A DNA stretch of 64,000 bases from Malacoraja senta (Eukaryota), in assembly GCA_038087875.1 (NCBI GenBank), contig CM075986.1, positions 15,872,001 through 15,936,000 on the forward strand. Direction: 5' to 3'. The position numbers and the translations under genes are program-made. Position 1 is the first letter of the stretch. Every line of letters begins with the position of its first letter. Under the pieces are notes generated by a model, which was not told the DNA's origin, did not search any database, and saw only the letters and a program-made list of their open reading frames with translations. Positions 51,171-64,000 of this stretch are shown piece by piece.

Positions 51171-53289
51171 GTGAGTATTTAGGTATAGAGTCGTAGAGCT
51201 ATACAGCATAGAAACAGACCCTTCAACCTCACTCGTCCAGCAGATCAAGTTGCTTAACTGAGCTGGTCCCACTTGCCTGTGACAATCCCATATCCCTTTA
51301 TGCATGTACCTATCAAAGTGTCTTTTAGCTGTCATAATTGTACCAATCTGTGCCACTTGCCCTTAAAGCCCATATTTACACCACTCTCTGTATGATAATT
51401 TGCCCTTGGGTCCCTTTTAAATCTTTCCCCACGGTTCTTAAAACCAATGCCCTCTAATTTTAGATTCCCCTACTCAGCGGAAAAGACGGGTGGCGTTATC
51501 TTGGCCCTCGTGATTTTATACACCTCTTTAAGGTCGCTCCTACGCTTCAGGGGAAAAAGTCCTCTCGCTATCCAACCTCTCCTAACACAACACTCGAATA
51601 CTGACATCCTCATAAATCTTTGATGTGCCCTTTCCAGTTCAATCATACCTTACCTACAGGAGGGAGACCAGAAATGTGCACAGTACAGGTGGAATCCCTT
51701 TTTTTTCTTCTCTGCCATCTCTGTTCCAGAGCCTTTCTGGATTATCTGTTTTTCCGGGCCAACAGAGGTGACATGATAATGAAACAACAATACACCCAGG
51801 CTCGCTAATGACACCTCTCCCGTGTCTCTAAAGCACCATGGAGTGCCAGGAACTTACAAAAAAAAAACAAATATAGAATGTAAACTGAACGTAAATGAAA
51901 TGATCTGCTCGGCCGTTTAAAGTCCCGACTTCTGACCCACTTTCCGATGCATACCACTCTTGCAAATGACCCCTTGCATTTTTTATCTCTCCTAAATTTC
52001 CCAATTAAAAAAAAAATATTGAAAGAGAAACTACATTTGTTTTCTCAATGCCTCAAATTCAAGAATGCAAGATCCTAGCTTGTTGCTTTCTATCATCAGC
52101 CAATGAGCGGTAACTCCCCAACTGCTCTGCAGCGGTCCCACTGGCAAACCAGGAGTTCTTTCCTTTTTGCAAAATGGATCCCCACTTGTATTTCAATTCT
52201 GGGCTGGAATCGAGTCAATCAAGCTAGTATAGTTTGATTTTATTTTCTGTCAATATGTCAGATGGTATGGCTGCTCCTGGCACAGGGATAGACAATAGGT
52301 AGTGTGGTATATGATGCATGCACATTCTCACCTTGAGGGATCTTGCAATGCACCTTGCCAGATCTAAAAGAGGAATGTGCAAAGTATATCAAACCAGTAA
52401 ATACTACAGCATCACCTATTTGATACTGTTTTGTTATCTCTAGACTTCAGTAGCTGAATATTTAAGCATCTTCCTAATAGTATCTGGTGCTTTTGCTAGA
52501 TTAATCCTTGCTGATGATTTTTTTTTAAATTCCCACTAAGTGTCATGTTATGAATGTTATGCTTGTTTTACAGTGAGGGTTGGAAGAGATCTCAGAAGGC
52601 CTGTGATGCAGCAGTAGCATATTACTCAGCTGTGGTGTTTATCTGTGAACATGATATGAGTTTAGCTGCATTTGTATTTGTGGGAGAGATAAAGATCGAG
52701 CAGGATGAAAATGGTCCAGAGCTCAATGCCTCTTGTTTTTCCATCCACTTCCTTTGATATACATGGCTTTGCGAGACTTCCCCTTTCCTGTTAGCGAGAT
52801 GTTGTTTCCACAATAATATTTGGAGGGCTGGCCAATCAGATAAGGACTGCTTTTAGTATTGTGTGAAGGAGTGTTTGAGATGTGTTGGAAAAAGTGCAAG
52901 TTGTGGGGACGTAGTAATGCATTTGAGCCAAATGTTACATTATCTTGTTGGTTTGTTTCATTTGGAAGAGAATGAGAACGTTGAAATAAATATTTTGTAT
53001 TCCTGCACTGCCAGGAACCTCATGGAGTGCTGTTTCATTAGTCTAACTCTCCAGCTAGGAGATGACATTGTGAAACTTTTTAATGGCCACTTTTCCAAAT
53101 CACAGAAAAGAAAACTTTGATTTCAAAGTTCACACCAAGCATTTGGTGTATGAAGACTGCAGTGAAGAAAAAGATGACTCTATAAACCTCATTTGTCAAA
53201 TATTCCAGGCTACTCATTCTGGCCCTTGTGATTCATGGGTAAATGGTGTAATTAATTCTTAACTGTCTTCATTGTTAACAAATCATTGC

Positions 53290-54140
53290 CACTACCCCTT
53301 GTAACTGCATTTATCGCTTCACCTCTTCCCTTCCCATGATTCAGGGACCCAAACAGAATTATCTGTGAGGCGGTGATTTATTTGTACTTCAAAATCTCGT
53401 TTACTGCATTCTTTCTTTTAAAATCTTTTTATTTGTTTTTCCCCCCAAAAAACAAAAACAAAACAAAGACAGAGCAAAAAGAGTAATGATAAACATAACA
53501 ATGATATTGATACATAGGGATCAGGATTACATTAGTAACAGGTATAACCTAATATGAGTCCAGTGTCAAAATACACATTGAATATAGACCTCTATGTAAA
53601 TATAGTTAAATATTTAAAAGAAAACTTATATATGTAGAAAAAAAACACAAAGATAAAAAGACAAAAAAAGAGGAAAAAAGTGAAAAACAAAACAGAATCT
53701 GAACTGAGAATTTCAACAATTTGTCTGTTTGTCGTCAAGTCCGTTCCACCATATAGAGGTAAAATAGTTTTATAACGGTTAGAGAGGGAGCAATTTATGT
53801 TGTGTGAAAGTGTTGAATAAATATTCCCCAAGTCTTTTCAAATTTAACCAAGGGTTCAACAATGTCATTTACTGCATTCTGAGCTCACAATGTAGTCTCC
53901 TCTAATTGAGGGCAACCAAGTCCAGATTGAGTGATCACTTTGTGGGACACCTGCATTCAGTCCATAGGGGTGACCTTGACCTTCCCATTCCATGCCACTT
54001 TAATTTCCCATCCCACTCTGATCTATCGTGCTGTGGCCTCCTGCTCTCGGTGACACCCAACACAAGCTTATAGCACCTCATTTGTCTGGGCACATTTCAG
54101 CCTTCTGGACTCGATAATAAATTCTACAACTTTCAGATAA
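53290..54140 (+). mobile_element. Old Penelope GIY-YIG fragment interrupted by an L1 insertion
   Basis: Colinear similarity with the reverse complement of 35390-35770 (attcagggaccc, gccactttaat, cacctcatt). Confidence 0.6.
53413..53867 (-). mobile_element. 5'-truncated L1-type LINE (ORF2 C-terminus, 3' UTR, A-rich tail), 13-bp TSD
   Basis: tttactgcattct at 53400-53412 and 53868-53880; minus-strand peptide DIVEPLVKFEKTWGIFIQHFHTT*; T-rich UTR and AATAAA. Confidence 0.75.
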
Positions 54141-54602
54141 CTTCATTTCTCAGCCAGTATGTCATCCATCTGTAATATTGGCTTTTTTTTCCTCTGCAGT
54201 CGAGGCAAAGAGAAAATTGGAAACCAAAATCATACAATAAGCAGTTTAAAAATTGCTTATAGCTTCCACTGTGAAATCACACAAGAGGCACATTTAGATG
54301 CTAATTTGCATTATTCATTGAGAGGCTTGCAAAACACCAGCCCAGAAAAAGGATCTTGCAATATTTGTCTTTTCTCAAGTGAATAGGGTATAAAATGTCA
54401 AATTACCCTCAGATAACTTTCTGGATGCATTGACGATCCAGGAGAGATGTGTCAAACTCGACCCTTTATTGCACCGATCCTGCACAGTTACTTAAAACAT
54501 ATGCAAACTGAGCCTATTTTATTAGGCTTGACACAAAACTGGGGGGGGGGGGGGGGGGACAGATACAAAAACACATTAGCACAACAACAAAATTATACAA
54601 GA

Positions 54603-54689
54603 AGATAGATATAAAAATACTGGAGTAACTCAGCGGGTCAGCAGCATATTTGGAGAAAAAGAATAGGTGACGTTTGGGGTCGGAACCCG
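54603..54689 (-). mobile_element. Short Penelope-terminus insertion, 11-bp TSD
   Basis: attatacaaga at 54592-54602 and 54690-54700. Confidence 0.8.
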
Positions 54690-55061
54690 ATTATACAAGA
54701 TCTCTCATGATCATTTTAGATTGATTGTATGCCATCTTGCTCTATTAGATGTCTAGTTATTAGATAGCGATATAAATAGCTCTCACTCAACCACTTGACT
54801 GCATTAAACCCTTTGTTTATCCCCATCATGATTTTAGACTCCGGAGTGAGGGGCAGTGGCATGCCTTCATATTCCAAGTCAAGCCCCTTGGTCAATTTTG
54901 ATTGCACTCCCACTATTATTCTACAATACACTTCCGCTATTATACACCTGCTGTACCTGCACATCAACACCCAAGTCCTTCTGAACAACAATGCTGCAAT
55001 CTGGCCAATTAATAAATACGCTGCATGCTGACTTGTTTTACTCAGTTAGGTGTTTCTCTAT

Positions 55062-55198
55062 GTGTAGGAAAGAACTGCAGATGCTGGTTTAAATCGAAGG
55101 TAGACATAAAATGCTGGAGTAACTCAGTGCGACAGGCAGCATCTCTGGAGAGAAGGAATGGGTGTCGTTTCGGGTCAAGACCCTTCTTCAGACTGATC
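55062..55198 (-). mobile_element. Short Penelope-terminus insertion in the exon 7 polypyrimidine tract, 14-bp TSD
   Basis: aggtgtttctctat at 55048-55061 and 55199-55212. Confidence 0.9.
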
Positions 55199-55217
55199 AG
55201 GTGTTTCTCTATTGCAG

Positions 55218-55351
55218 GTTCTCAGAACACTGGTCGAAGCTCTCCGCCCCCAGGGTATGTTCCAGAACGGCAACAGCGGATAGCTCGCCAAGGGTCCTAC
55301 ACCAGCATTCACAGTGAGGGGGAGTTCATTCCTGAGAACATGGAACAGTGT
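55218..55351 (+). CDS. MAP3K3: MAP3K3-type coding exon 7 ([45 protein letters not shown])
   Basis: attgcag acceptor and gtgagt donor; 134 nt; near-identical to MEKK3 [40 protein letters not shown]. Confidence 0.93.
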
Positions 55352-58300
55352 GTGAGTAAAGATTTTGGCCAATAATGTGCACTGACATACAAGAAACAAA
55401 AGTCATGATTTCTTACAAATATTTTACCCCTTTGAGGATATTCATTACATCAGTGATTCCCAATCATTTAAATATATGGCCAACATGTTCACGCATTGTA
55501 AAATATGAATACCTTTTTGTTTACCCCGAAACAGTTTTTTTTTTAAATTCTGCTTGTCAATTCCAAAGTAGCTTTTAAGTTGTTCTGTATTTCCTGATGG
55601 AAATAATAATTTCATAGCGAATTTAACCCTGTAACACAGTGTTCCTAATTCATCAGTCGCGTTAGAGCCAATTTGCATTATGGAAATACACATTACAACA
55701 GCACTGCCTCTACCTCCTATATTCATATCCACACCATCAATGTATATGACAGTCATTAATGTATTTCAGTGTATTTATAGCAGACAGAGTCTCGCTCTTC
55801 AGCTCCTTGTATTCTGACTTAAGCTCCCGTGTTAAGGTCACAAAATTGAAGTGTGTCTGCAGTTGGAATTGCATTAGAATTACATGCTTCAAAACCTGCT
55901 TGTGCAGATCAACCTCACTCTACAGGAGGTCTGACCGGATACATCCTCTCAATTCAGCACTTGACCAGCCACGTTTTGGGCTTGCATTCGATAAAGGAAA
56001 ATTTTATTAAAAATTCTATCTTGTATTGATGCTTAATTTCTCTTCCAGTGCTATTCCCAAAAGGGCAAGAAATTTATAGCACGTATCAACGAGATAGCTA
56101 AAAGCATCGTGCAGAGAAGGAATTGCCAATGTTAAGAAAACCTAAACAATAGCTGGAACGTTGGAAATCTGACTCCCATGTGATGCGTCAAAAGCATCTG
56201 AGCAATGTCGACAGTTCTTTATTGACAAGATCTGACATCTCAGAGTTTTGTCAGAAATATTGCAAATGAGCCCCTTCCTAATGATTTCTCGGTGTGTGGT
56301 GGATCACTCAGCCAGCCTCATCAACCTTGTAAAGTCCTTATTATTTTTGCCTAAACTTCAATCCTTTGATACAGTTTATGATTCTGCAATTCACTTAAAA
56401 CACTGCCAAAAGAACAACTAATTGATCAACATGCTTGCTGAAATGAGGTCCTGATGTGCCAGTCTCAAGCAACTGAAAATTAACTAACTTTCTAAAAGAC
56501 AATAATTAAACATTTTCATGATTTTTATTTTTGCTCAGTTATTGCCATTAGTCCCAGTAATTGCTTTGTGGTTACTTATGTGGTGCAAATTAATGTCAAT
56601 ATTTACATGTACAGCAAGCAGACACCATGATGTTAGTACTTCATGCATTTCCATTGGCCAGTTACTGACAGTTTTACAATATCCTGGTTGCAGCCACTTT
56701 ATCCAGTAATTGTTCAATTTACAAATGTTCTATTTGCTCTTTTGCAGCAACGCTATTTTTGCTATAAAAATAGTGTGACTTTTTGACACGCACAATCTAT
56801 TAGAATGCGCTGTATTGAAATACCCAATCTTTAAAATGTTTTAAATAATTATGAAAGGTTTTCCAGGAACCCCTCTCTTTCGTAAATTGAGGAATGACTA
56901 TAGAGATTAGCAGCACTATTTGCCCTTTAAAAGGCAGGAAGGAAGTGTCCTCCAAGGCCCGTGAGGTTAAAGTGCAGCTTCTGCTGCTTCCCAAATAGGA
57001 GCTGGGAGTGTGACTAACTTGTTTTCATTGTGAGTGAATCATCCCAGGTGGGCCTCTGATTTCTGGCTCAATCTGCCTCTTGGCATCAAATTAATATCGG
57101 CTACAGTCTTAAAAGTGGAAACAAAATGGTATAGTTGGGAAGGGGAGACATCGAGAAAAAAGTGTAGCTGAATGTGAACAATTTGAGAATTCCACATGTA
57201 GCTGAGTAATTTCTGAATGGATGCTTGTTATGAGTCAATAGGTTTTATATAGACTCTGGAAGTCAGAGCCATACAGTTGGAAACAAGCCTTTCGGCCCAA
57301 TTTGTTCATACCAACCTAGATGTCCCATCCAAGCTTGTACTGTTGGGCAAATATGCCTCTAAAACTTTCTTATCCTTGTACAAGGCAAAATGTATTTTAA
57401 ATGTTGCAATTGTAGCTGCCTCAATAACTTTCTCTAGCAGCTTGTTCCATATACCCACTGCCCTCTGTGTGGGAAAATGTAGTCCCTTGAGTTCCTATTA
57501 CTTACCCTCTCACCTCTTAAATCTATGCCTTCTAATTCTTCATTTCCCCTTCTCTGGGGAGCAAGATTCAGATCATTTACCCTGGAAAAATTACACTGCA
57601 TTCACCCTATCTATTCCCCATTTAATTTAATACACCTGTTTAAAGTCACCTCTCAAAGTGTGCAACACAACAAACATCTATAAATGGCTGTGTCTTCATA
57701 ATTATTGAATCAATGACAACGGCAAGTCACTTATTCTACCATATTCAGCTCTTCCTGTTTATCCTTGTGCAATTGCTGTGAATAGTATTGAAGCTCACGT
57801 TGACTCTGAACATGTAGACTTGTTCCCACTCATGACTCTATCGTTTGTCTCCTTGCCACCATAAACTGGCTGCCTGTTATCTAAATACCTCTCTGTGCCC
57901 ACGGGTTTACTGGAAAGGCTGCAATTTATCTCTCTGATGTGAAGGCACCTACAGTTCCACAGTTCTGATGTTTTGCTGTTGTACTTTCTTATCCAAGTAG
58001 CCTTCCACAGCTTTCACTTCCTGTAACATTCTTCTACACAGAACGCGGACAGACAAGCTATCTGCTTGCGGGCCTCTGCTTGTACTGTAGATAGTGGGAC
58101 TCTGCCAGAACCGACCTCACTGACTCACCATCTGCTCTTTACCTCACTGAGAGTATATATACTTCATTCTTTCTGCATAATTTATTTACTCTGTCTGTGC
58201 TTGAAGGAAAAACTCATGTCATTTGCCATTTTAAAAGAAATCTGAACTCGCATTAGCACAGGACTTCTCATGACTTTGTGGTGCCCCAAACCACATCAGA

Positions 58301-60605
58301 ATCACTGAATTATTTTCGCTATCTTTGAAGTCCAGTCACTTTTACCACATAGGAAATTCAGCAAATAATTTAAGCACAGTAAAGATCCACATACAGCAGT
58401 GACATTGAGATTAGAATATATTTTTCAGTGATATTGGTTGAACATTAAATGTTGGCCAAATAAGCCTGAACCATGAGTTAACATTTAATATGCAACACAG
58501 CTTGTTGGGCAGTGCCTTGACTGGGGTGGGCCCAGAAGATTAGTCATGAAGGTGGTACGGGAAAAGGTGGAAGCCCTTCTGCTTTATGATATTAATTCTA
58601 ACCAGTATTGTGATGTTATCTTGTGTCTTCACGGATGACACTTCATAGAAAGCAAAAGACTGAGCTTATCTTCTGAATATGTGAAAGTGCTTGACACAAA
58701 AAAAATATTAAAGTCATTCTTCCCTTTTACTTAGCCAATCTGCACACAGCAAAATCCCAGAAATAGCCCGTGAGTTTTATTTTGTTGCCATTGATAATGG
58801 GGAGGTTACCGAGCACCACACCAGGAACATATTTTGTCCTTTCAGCCGTCTCGGGATAACTTGCAGTACACACACAGTTTAAGCACATCATTAATGGTGC
58901 ATCAGCAAACCTGGAGCTATTCATGAAACCTTTGCCTTTGTCTTTCTCTCTTGCAACTCAAACAGTTCACTCTCTTGAGCACCACTTTAACCATATAACC
59001 AAAGTTGCGATAACAACAAGAGAGATTTTTGTAAAGGATAGTAGTTTAATGATTTGTAAACTAAAAATGTGAGGTGCAGTTGGAGTTAGCAAGAGTGCAA
59101 GAAAAGAAGGTGCAGCAAATTATTTTGGGGTGAACTTAACTAAATTATAATGGTGCTCAATCCAGACGATGGAAATGCTTCTAAATTTTGTACGTATATA
59201 GCCAGCTATGTTCCACATGGTGAATCCTCAGTATGTGCAAGAATTTACATATAATTAAGGGAAATATTCATCGTTCTCATGCTGTTCATGTAAGATGGGT
59301 TAAATAATACATTTCAGGAGTTAGGATTCCATTCAAAAATGTTAAATCCAAAGGTTGCCTGTAAAGAGCAGATATTTTGAATGCACATTAATTGTATTCC
59401 CATAGGGGGGGAAAGGAAGAGCATTCAAAACTAGAGCTTCCTGGTTAAGTTGATTGAAATTGAAATTAATTAGTGAAAGTAGAACCCAAATGAATAAAAA
59501 GTACAGTGAACTGTGAAAGGAAATAAAAAGGCCAGTGAGGGTGTGTGAGCCTCGATTTATTGGTGACGTAGATGGGAATCCAAGGTATTTTATGAACATA
59601 TAAGTAATATAAAAGTAATGAAAGAGATGAGTTGAGCTAAAGCCAAAAAGTGATTCCTGTTATAGAAGCAGCGATAAGCCTGCGAAAGACAGGTGGGTAT
59701 TTTGCAGCAGTCTTCCATTTAAAATGAGAGAAGGTATCATTCTCACAATATGGGAGAAGGTTTAAAAGGTTATCAACACTAAAAGTAGAGGAAGAATGTG
59801 GAATTTTTTGGAATGTATCCTAGATTCCACACGTGGTAAAAGTGGAGACTGGAGAAGCTTTGGTTAAAATCTTTAAAACCTTCTTGGATAAGGCAATGCC
59901 AACAGATGTCTGGAGACTTGAAATTGTCATTCATGTGCTGGAAAAAAGGGAGAGGGATTAGCTTGCAAACTCATGTTTTAATTATCAAATAATATGATGA
60001 CATTTTTTGTTGTCGCTTTGATATTGTGATTGCCTGTTACATTTGAAAATGTTTTGAGCCACAACCAAATATGCAAAGGGTTAGAAGCACAGCATAGTGA
60101 TTTAACAGGTCTCAAATACATGGAAACATAGAAGAAACATAGAAAAATAGGTGCAGGAGTAGGCCATTCGGCCCATCGAACCAGCATCTCCATTCAATAT
60201 AATCATGGTTGATCATCTAAAATCAGTACCCGTTCCTGCTTTTTCCCCATATCCCTTGATTCCTTTAGCCCTAAGAGCGAAATTTAACTCTCTTGAAAAC
60301 ATCCTCATCGCATCCTCATTGCACCTGACACTGCCACCCAAATTTGGTTGTAGGAGAGGAAGATGATAACTGTCTCTGGCATATATTCCCCAATTCCTTC
60401 ATGCACCTCTTTTCCATCCCTCAAATCCACTCCCATATCTCCAGTGTCCTCTCTCCTTGCTCGCCAGCTTGTTGCATATGAATCAGGCGTATTAGTTCCC
60501 ACCCCATTACCACAGTCTATCACGTCTTTCAGAAACAAATTATTAAAATGATTACTTTTACCATGGCCCATTGTAATCTTAAGTTCATTATGTTTTTTCT
60601 TCCAG

Positions 60606-60679
60606 ATATATGAGCCACAGAGCAGTGCTGAAAACTCCATATCGAGCAGCTGCCAGTCTCTGGATAGGCGAGCAGATAG
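60606..60679 (+). CDS. MAP3K3: MAP3K3-type coding exon 8 (IYEPQSSAENSISSSCQSLDRRAD); the gene continues beyond the window
   Basis: ttcttccag acceptor and gtaagt donor; 74 nt; matches [24 protein letters not shown]. Confidence 0.9.
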
Positions 60680-60896
60680 GTAAGTGCAGGCAACAAGCTG
60701 TCCCTCTCAGTTGTTCTGTTGGCCCTTTGAATATTTTTTTTGCCAATATGGTGGCAGTAACTACATGGATTCATTACTACCAAAGCCAGCGTTGGCTAAG
60801 GCGTGATTAGTAATGTGAAACTATAATCCAGCAAGATTTGCTGACGGAATTCACCAAAGGAGTTATAACCAGCAGAAAAATTAAGAAGATCCCTTT

Positions 60897-61370
60897 TTAC
60901 AGGAATGATCCCAGGAATGAGTAGGTTAACATATAATGAGCGTTTGACGGCACTGGGCCTATATTCACTGGAGTTTAGAAGAATGAGGGGGGATCTCATT
61001 GAAACGTACAAAATAGTGAAAGGCTTGGATTGAGTCGATGTGGAGTGGATGATTCCACTAGTGGGACAGTCTAGGACTAGAGGTCATAGCCTCAGAATTA
61101 AAGGACATTCTTTTAGGAAGGAGGAGGAATTTCTTTAGTCAGAGGGTGGTGAATCTGCAATTCTTTGCCACAGAAGGCTGTAAAGGCAAAGTCAGTGGAT
61201 ATATTTACGGCAGAGATAGATAGATTCTTGATTAGTGTGGGTGTCAGAGGTTGTGGAGAGGGCAAGAGAATGGGGTTAGGAGCGAAGAGGTAGATCAGCA
61301 ATGATTGAATGGTGGAGTAGACTTGATGAGCTGAATGGCTAATTCTACTCTTTTCTCTTATGATCATGAA
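60897..61370 (+). mobile_element. CR1/HER1 LINE 3' fragment
   Basis: ggagtttagaagaatgaggggggatctcattgaaac...cagagggtggtgaatctg, homologous to 41720-42170. Confidence 0.85.
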
Positions 61371-61491
61371 GAAAATGCATGTTCCAGGGATCTTTTCTAA
61401 GAGCAGATCAAAGGTGATAATGCATCAAAAGTTTGTCAAATCCAAAATATTTTATTTTGTTGTCAAATGCAAAATGTTTCACCTTATAATA

Positions 61492-62417
61492 CAGCGTTTC
61501 TCAACCTTTTTACTCTTGCGGAACCCTTGAAATAATTTTCACATCTCAGGGAACCCCTACATTAAAATTATTATATATCTTTATTAATCTCTTTCTTTCT
61601 CTTTCATAAACTTAAAGTTCATAAGGCAAACATAATATGTTTTTCTGATAACTGGTTTAAGCAAAAAATAACTTGCGTTTTTCTCAAGTTTATTGACAAT
61701 GCAAAAACAATAACTGAAATCAAACTGCTTGTTCAAAACTGAAAATAATGGCAAACAGAACTAACCTTGGAGGAGAGAAAGAGAGAGAAAACACACACAA
61801 CCTTTTCATAAACTAACAAAAACATACATAAATAAACTTTTGATAAACTAACACAAATAAACATAAACGTACTTAATTTTTTTTTAATTCATATAACATC
61901 CCTAAATGATGGGTAAAAATTGCTAACTAACATGGGTGAATGAGGGACTGTACCTGCACGCCGGGAAGCACAGACAGGACTGATGGAGACCGTGCATGCG
62001 ACTGTACTCTCTTTTCAAGTGAGAGCTTGATAGGGCTACCAAAGATAGCAGAGTCGGGATAGGGAGAAGGCAGGAACGGGGTACTGATTGTGGATGATCA
62101 GCCATGATCACACTCAAAGGGCCGAATGGCTTACTCCTGCACCTATTGTCTACTCGAGTGACTCACTTGATGATACACAAATCCGTCATGTACAGCTCCT
62201 GTCCACTGACCACTAAAGGCCGTTTCACACTGGCGCCTTATAGACGTCGCTAAATATGCAGTACGTGTATAATAAAATTACGAATATGAAATTAAACACA
62301 ATATTGACTCAAATGCATTTACATATGATTAGCCTATTTATCACTATTTCTCTCGGAACCTCTAGTGACCTCTCGCAGAACCCTAGCGTTCCGGGGAACC
62401 CCGGTTGAGAAACGCTG
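61492..62417. mobile_element. hAT (Charlie-type) non-autonomous DNA transposon, with a nested CR1 tail at about 62008-62153
   Basis: Perfect 15-bp TIRs CAGCGTTTCTCAACC / GGTTGAGAAACGCTG; 8-bp TSD ttataata / ttataaaa (7/8); subterminal ggaaccc repeats. Confidence 0.9.
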
Positions 62418-62568
62418 TTATAAAAGTTGAAACCGGCAGAAAGTTGAAACTGCTTCTTCTAATTATTGCATCTGTCAGACAGGGGAATCCCAATTATGAG
62501 AGTTTGTCTACGACTGTTGCCCATTGTCCAAACTAGTGGCTCACGTTCTTCAACAACACCATAATAAA

Positions 62569-62975
62569 GATAATAATAATAATAATAATAACTTTATTTA
62601 TAAAGCACTTTAAACAACCACAGTTGCCACAAAGTGCTGTACATGAGAAATCACGAACAAAAAGCTATTACAAACAATTAAAAACCATAAAAAACCGTAA
62701 AACGAAGGACTATAAAAAACACACTAAAAATTAAAAGACATTAAAAGCACTAAAAACAGGGGCAATGCCTCAGCCAGTGTCGAAAGCCAAAGAATAAAAA
62801 TATGTTTTTAGGGAGGATTTGAAGATGGACAGTGAGGGGGCCTGTCTGATGTGCAGCGGCAAGGTGTTCCAGAGTGCCGGAGCAGCAACAGAAAAAGCTC
62901 TATCCCCTCTGAGCTTCCGCTTAGACCTTGGTACCTCAAGGAGCAGCTGATCAGCTGACCTGAGGCACCGGGCGT
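62569..62975 (-). mobile_element. L2-type LINE 3' end with (TTA)n tail
   Basis: (ATA)n followed by ctttatttataaagcacttt...caaagtgct stem-loop; ttccagagt...gcagcaacagaaaaagctct is typical of an L2 ORF2 end. Confidence 0.65.
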
Positions 62976-63375
62976 TTATCTTTAAAGATCAGCGATCTGT
63001 ATTGCACAAATCTTTTGGCCATTGCTTGAAAGACTGCAATTGCATGTACTGTTTAAGAAATAACTTAATCCAGCACGGATTGCCAGTGACACAAGCAGAT
63101 GGGTGGGACATGGTTTAGAACCTGCCAAATCTCTTCCAAGGAGTGTTACTATTTCTGTTTTGCACATAAATAGCCTTCCTTGGGGCACGTGGGGTTGCAA
63201 ACAAACACAAAAAAATAATAATTGACTTTTTAGTCTTGTGTCCATATCTTACCTTCAGATATTCTTGGTTTAGCAGAAATAATAATCATTTCACCAGTGG
63301 TGTTTGTTAAATCGCATTAGCTGTGAGGAGGTTATAGTCCACTATCTTGTAGATAAGGTGGAAGCTATGGTGTAG

Positions 63376-64000
63376 TTGCACTGTGGAAACTACAGAGGGG
63401 TCACCCTGCTCTCTGCCTCAAGGAAAGTCATTGCCAAGGACATCCTCAACCACAAGTGTGATTTGGAGTATGAATTATATCCATCCAGGGCCATCCAATC
63501 CATACTTGCATTTGTGTTCACTCAAAGGCTGAGCTCCGAGCATCTGCAATTCATTCACTGAGTGCATAATGACCTTCCAAACAATGCATGGAAGACAAAC
63601 GGCTCTCCGTCCCCATTTCTATACAATGCAACCTTCTAATTATGGCGAGTTCCTTGAAAACATGGACCACTTGTCTTGATATGGCAGTGGCATCTCAGCT
63701 GAGACAGACATTGATGATGAAATTCATCGTTGCCTTCAAAGCACCAGTGCAGCCTTTGTCAATTGAGGGAAAAAAAGGTGCCCATAGTTCAAGACTTCAA
63801 ACCCAGATAAAGCACATGGTCTAACAGTGATTTTGTGCTTTTGAGATCTGGACTGCAGCTACTTTAAGACTTTAGAAAGATGCCACCAATACTGCCTCTG
63901 CAAATTTTCCAAATTCATTGGAAGGTTAAATGATCCAATTCCTAGGCCAAACGCCCCAGCAATGACACTCTTATTGCACTTGTGTCTTCATGACAGAACG
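63376..64000 (+). mobile_element. Degenerate RTE-clade LINE RT fragment
   Basis: CGNYRGVTLLSASRKVIAKDILN and a broken frame reading ISAETDIDDEIHRCLQSTSAAF, both typical of RTE RTs. Confidence 0.7.

Noticed and set aside
60667-60679. Possible GC donor (AG|gcgagc) 12 nt upstream of the exon 8 donor
   Set aside because: Weak non-canonical site next to a perfect gtaagt donor; unsupported without transcripts

Overview
Eukaryotic, repeat-rich vertebrate DNA. The HE1/HER1-type SINE-LINE content and abundant Penelope repeats point to an elasmobranch, probably a skate or ray (inference). There are two spliced genes, both on the + strand. The first is the last two coding exons plus probable 3' UTR of a LIMD2-type LIM gene (4388-7578, polyA signal 9306). 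The second is the first eight coding exons of a MAP3K3/MEKK3-type kinase gene (ATG 34350 to 60679; the kinase domain lies beyond the window). A CpG-rich promoter-like segment (about 15770-16260) runs into a 200-N assembly gap between them. The rest is intron or intergenic DNA filled with CR1/HER1, Rex1/Babar, L2, L1, RTE and Penelope retroelements, V-SINEs, and PIF/Harbinger and hAT MITEs. Main findings: (1) a 136-bp TSD-flanked retroposon whose first 54 nt fold as a complete, CPEB3-like, nearly P4-less HDV-type ribozyme (37258-37311, minus strand); (2) about 20 short Penelope-terminus insertions carrying a minimal hammerhead core, several with long TSDs; (3) one of these duplicated a MAP3K3 splice acceptor and created a potential in-frame 50-aa extension; (4) a 1-nt frame discrepancy in MAP3K3 coding exon 5. 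Almost all other ORFs in the supplied track are spurious or retroelement debris.
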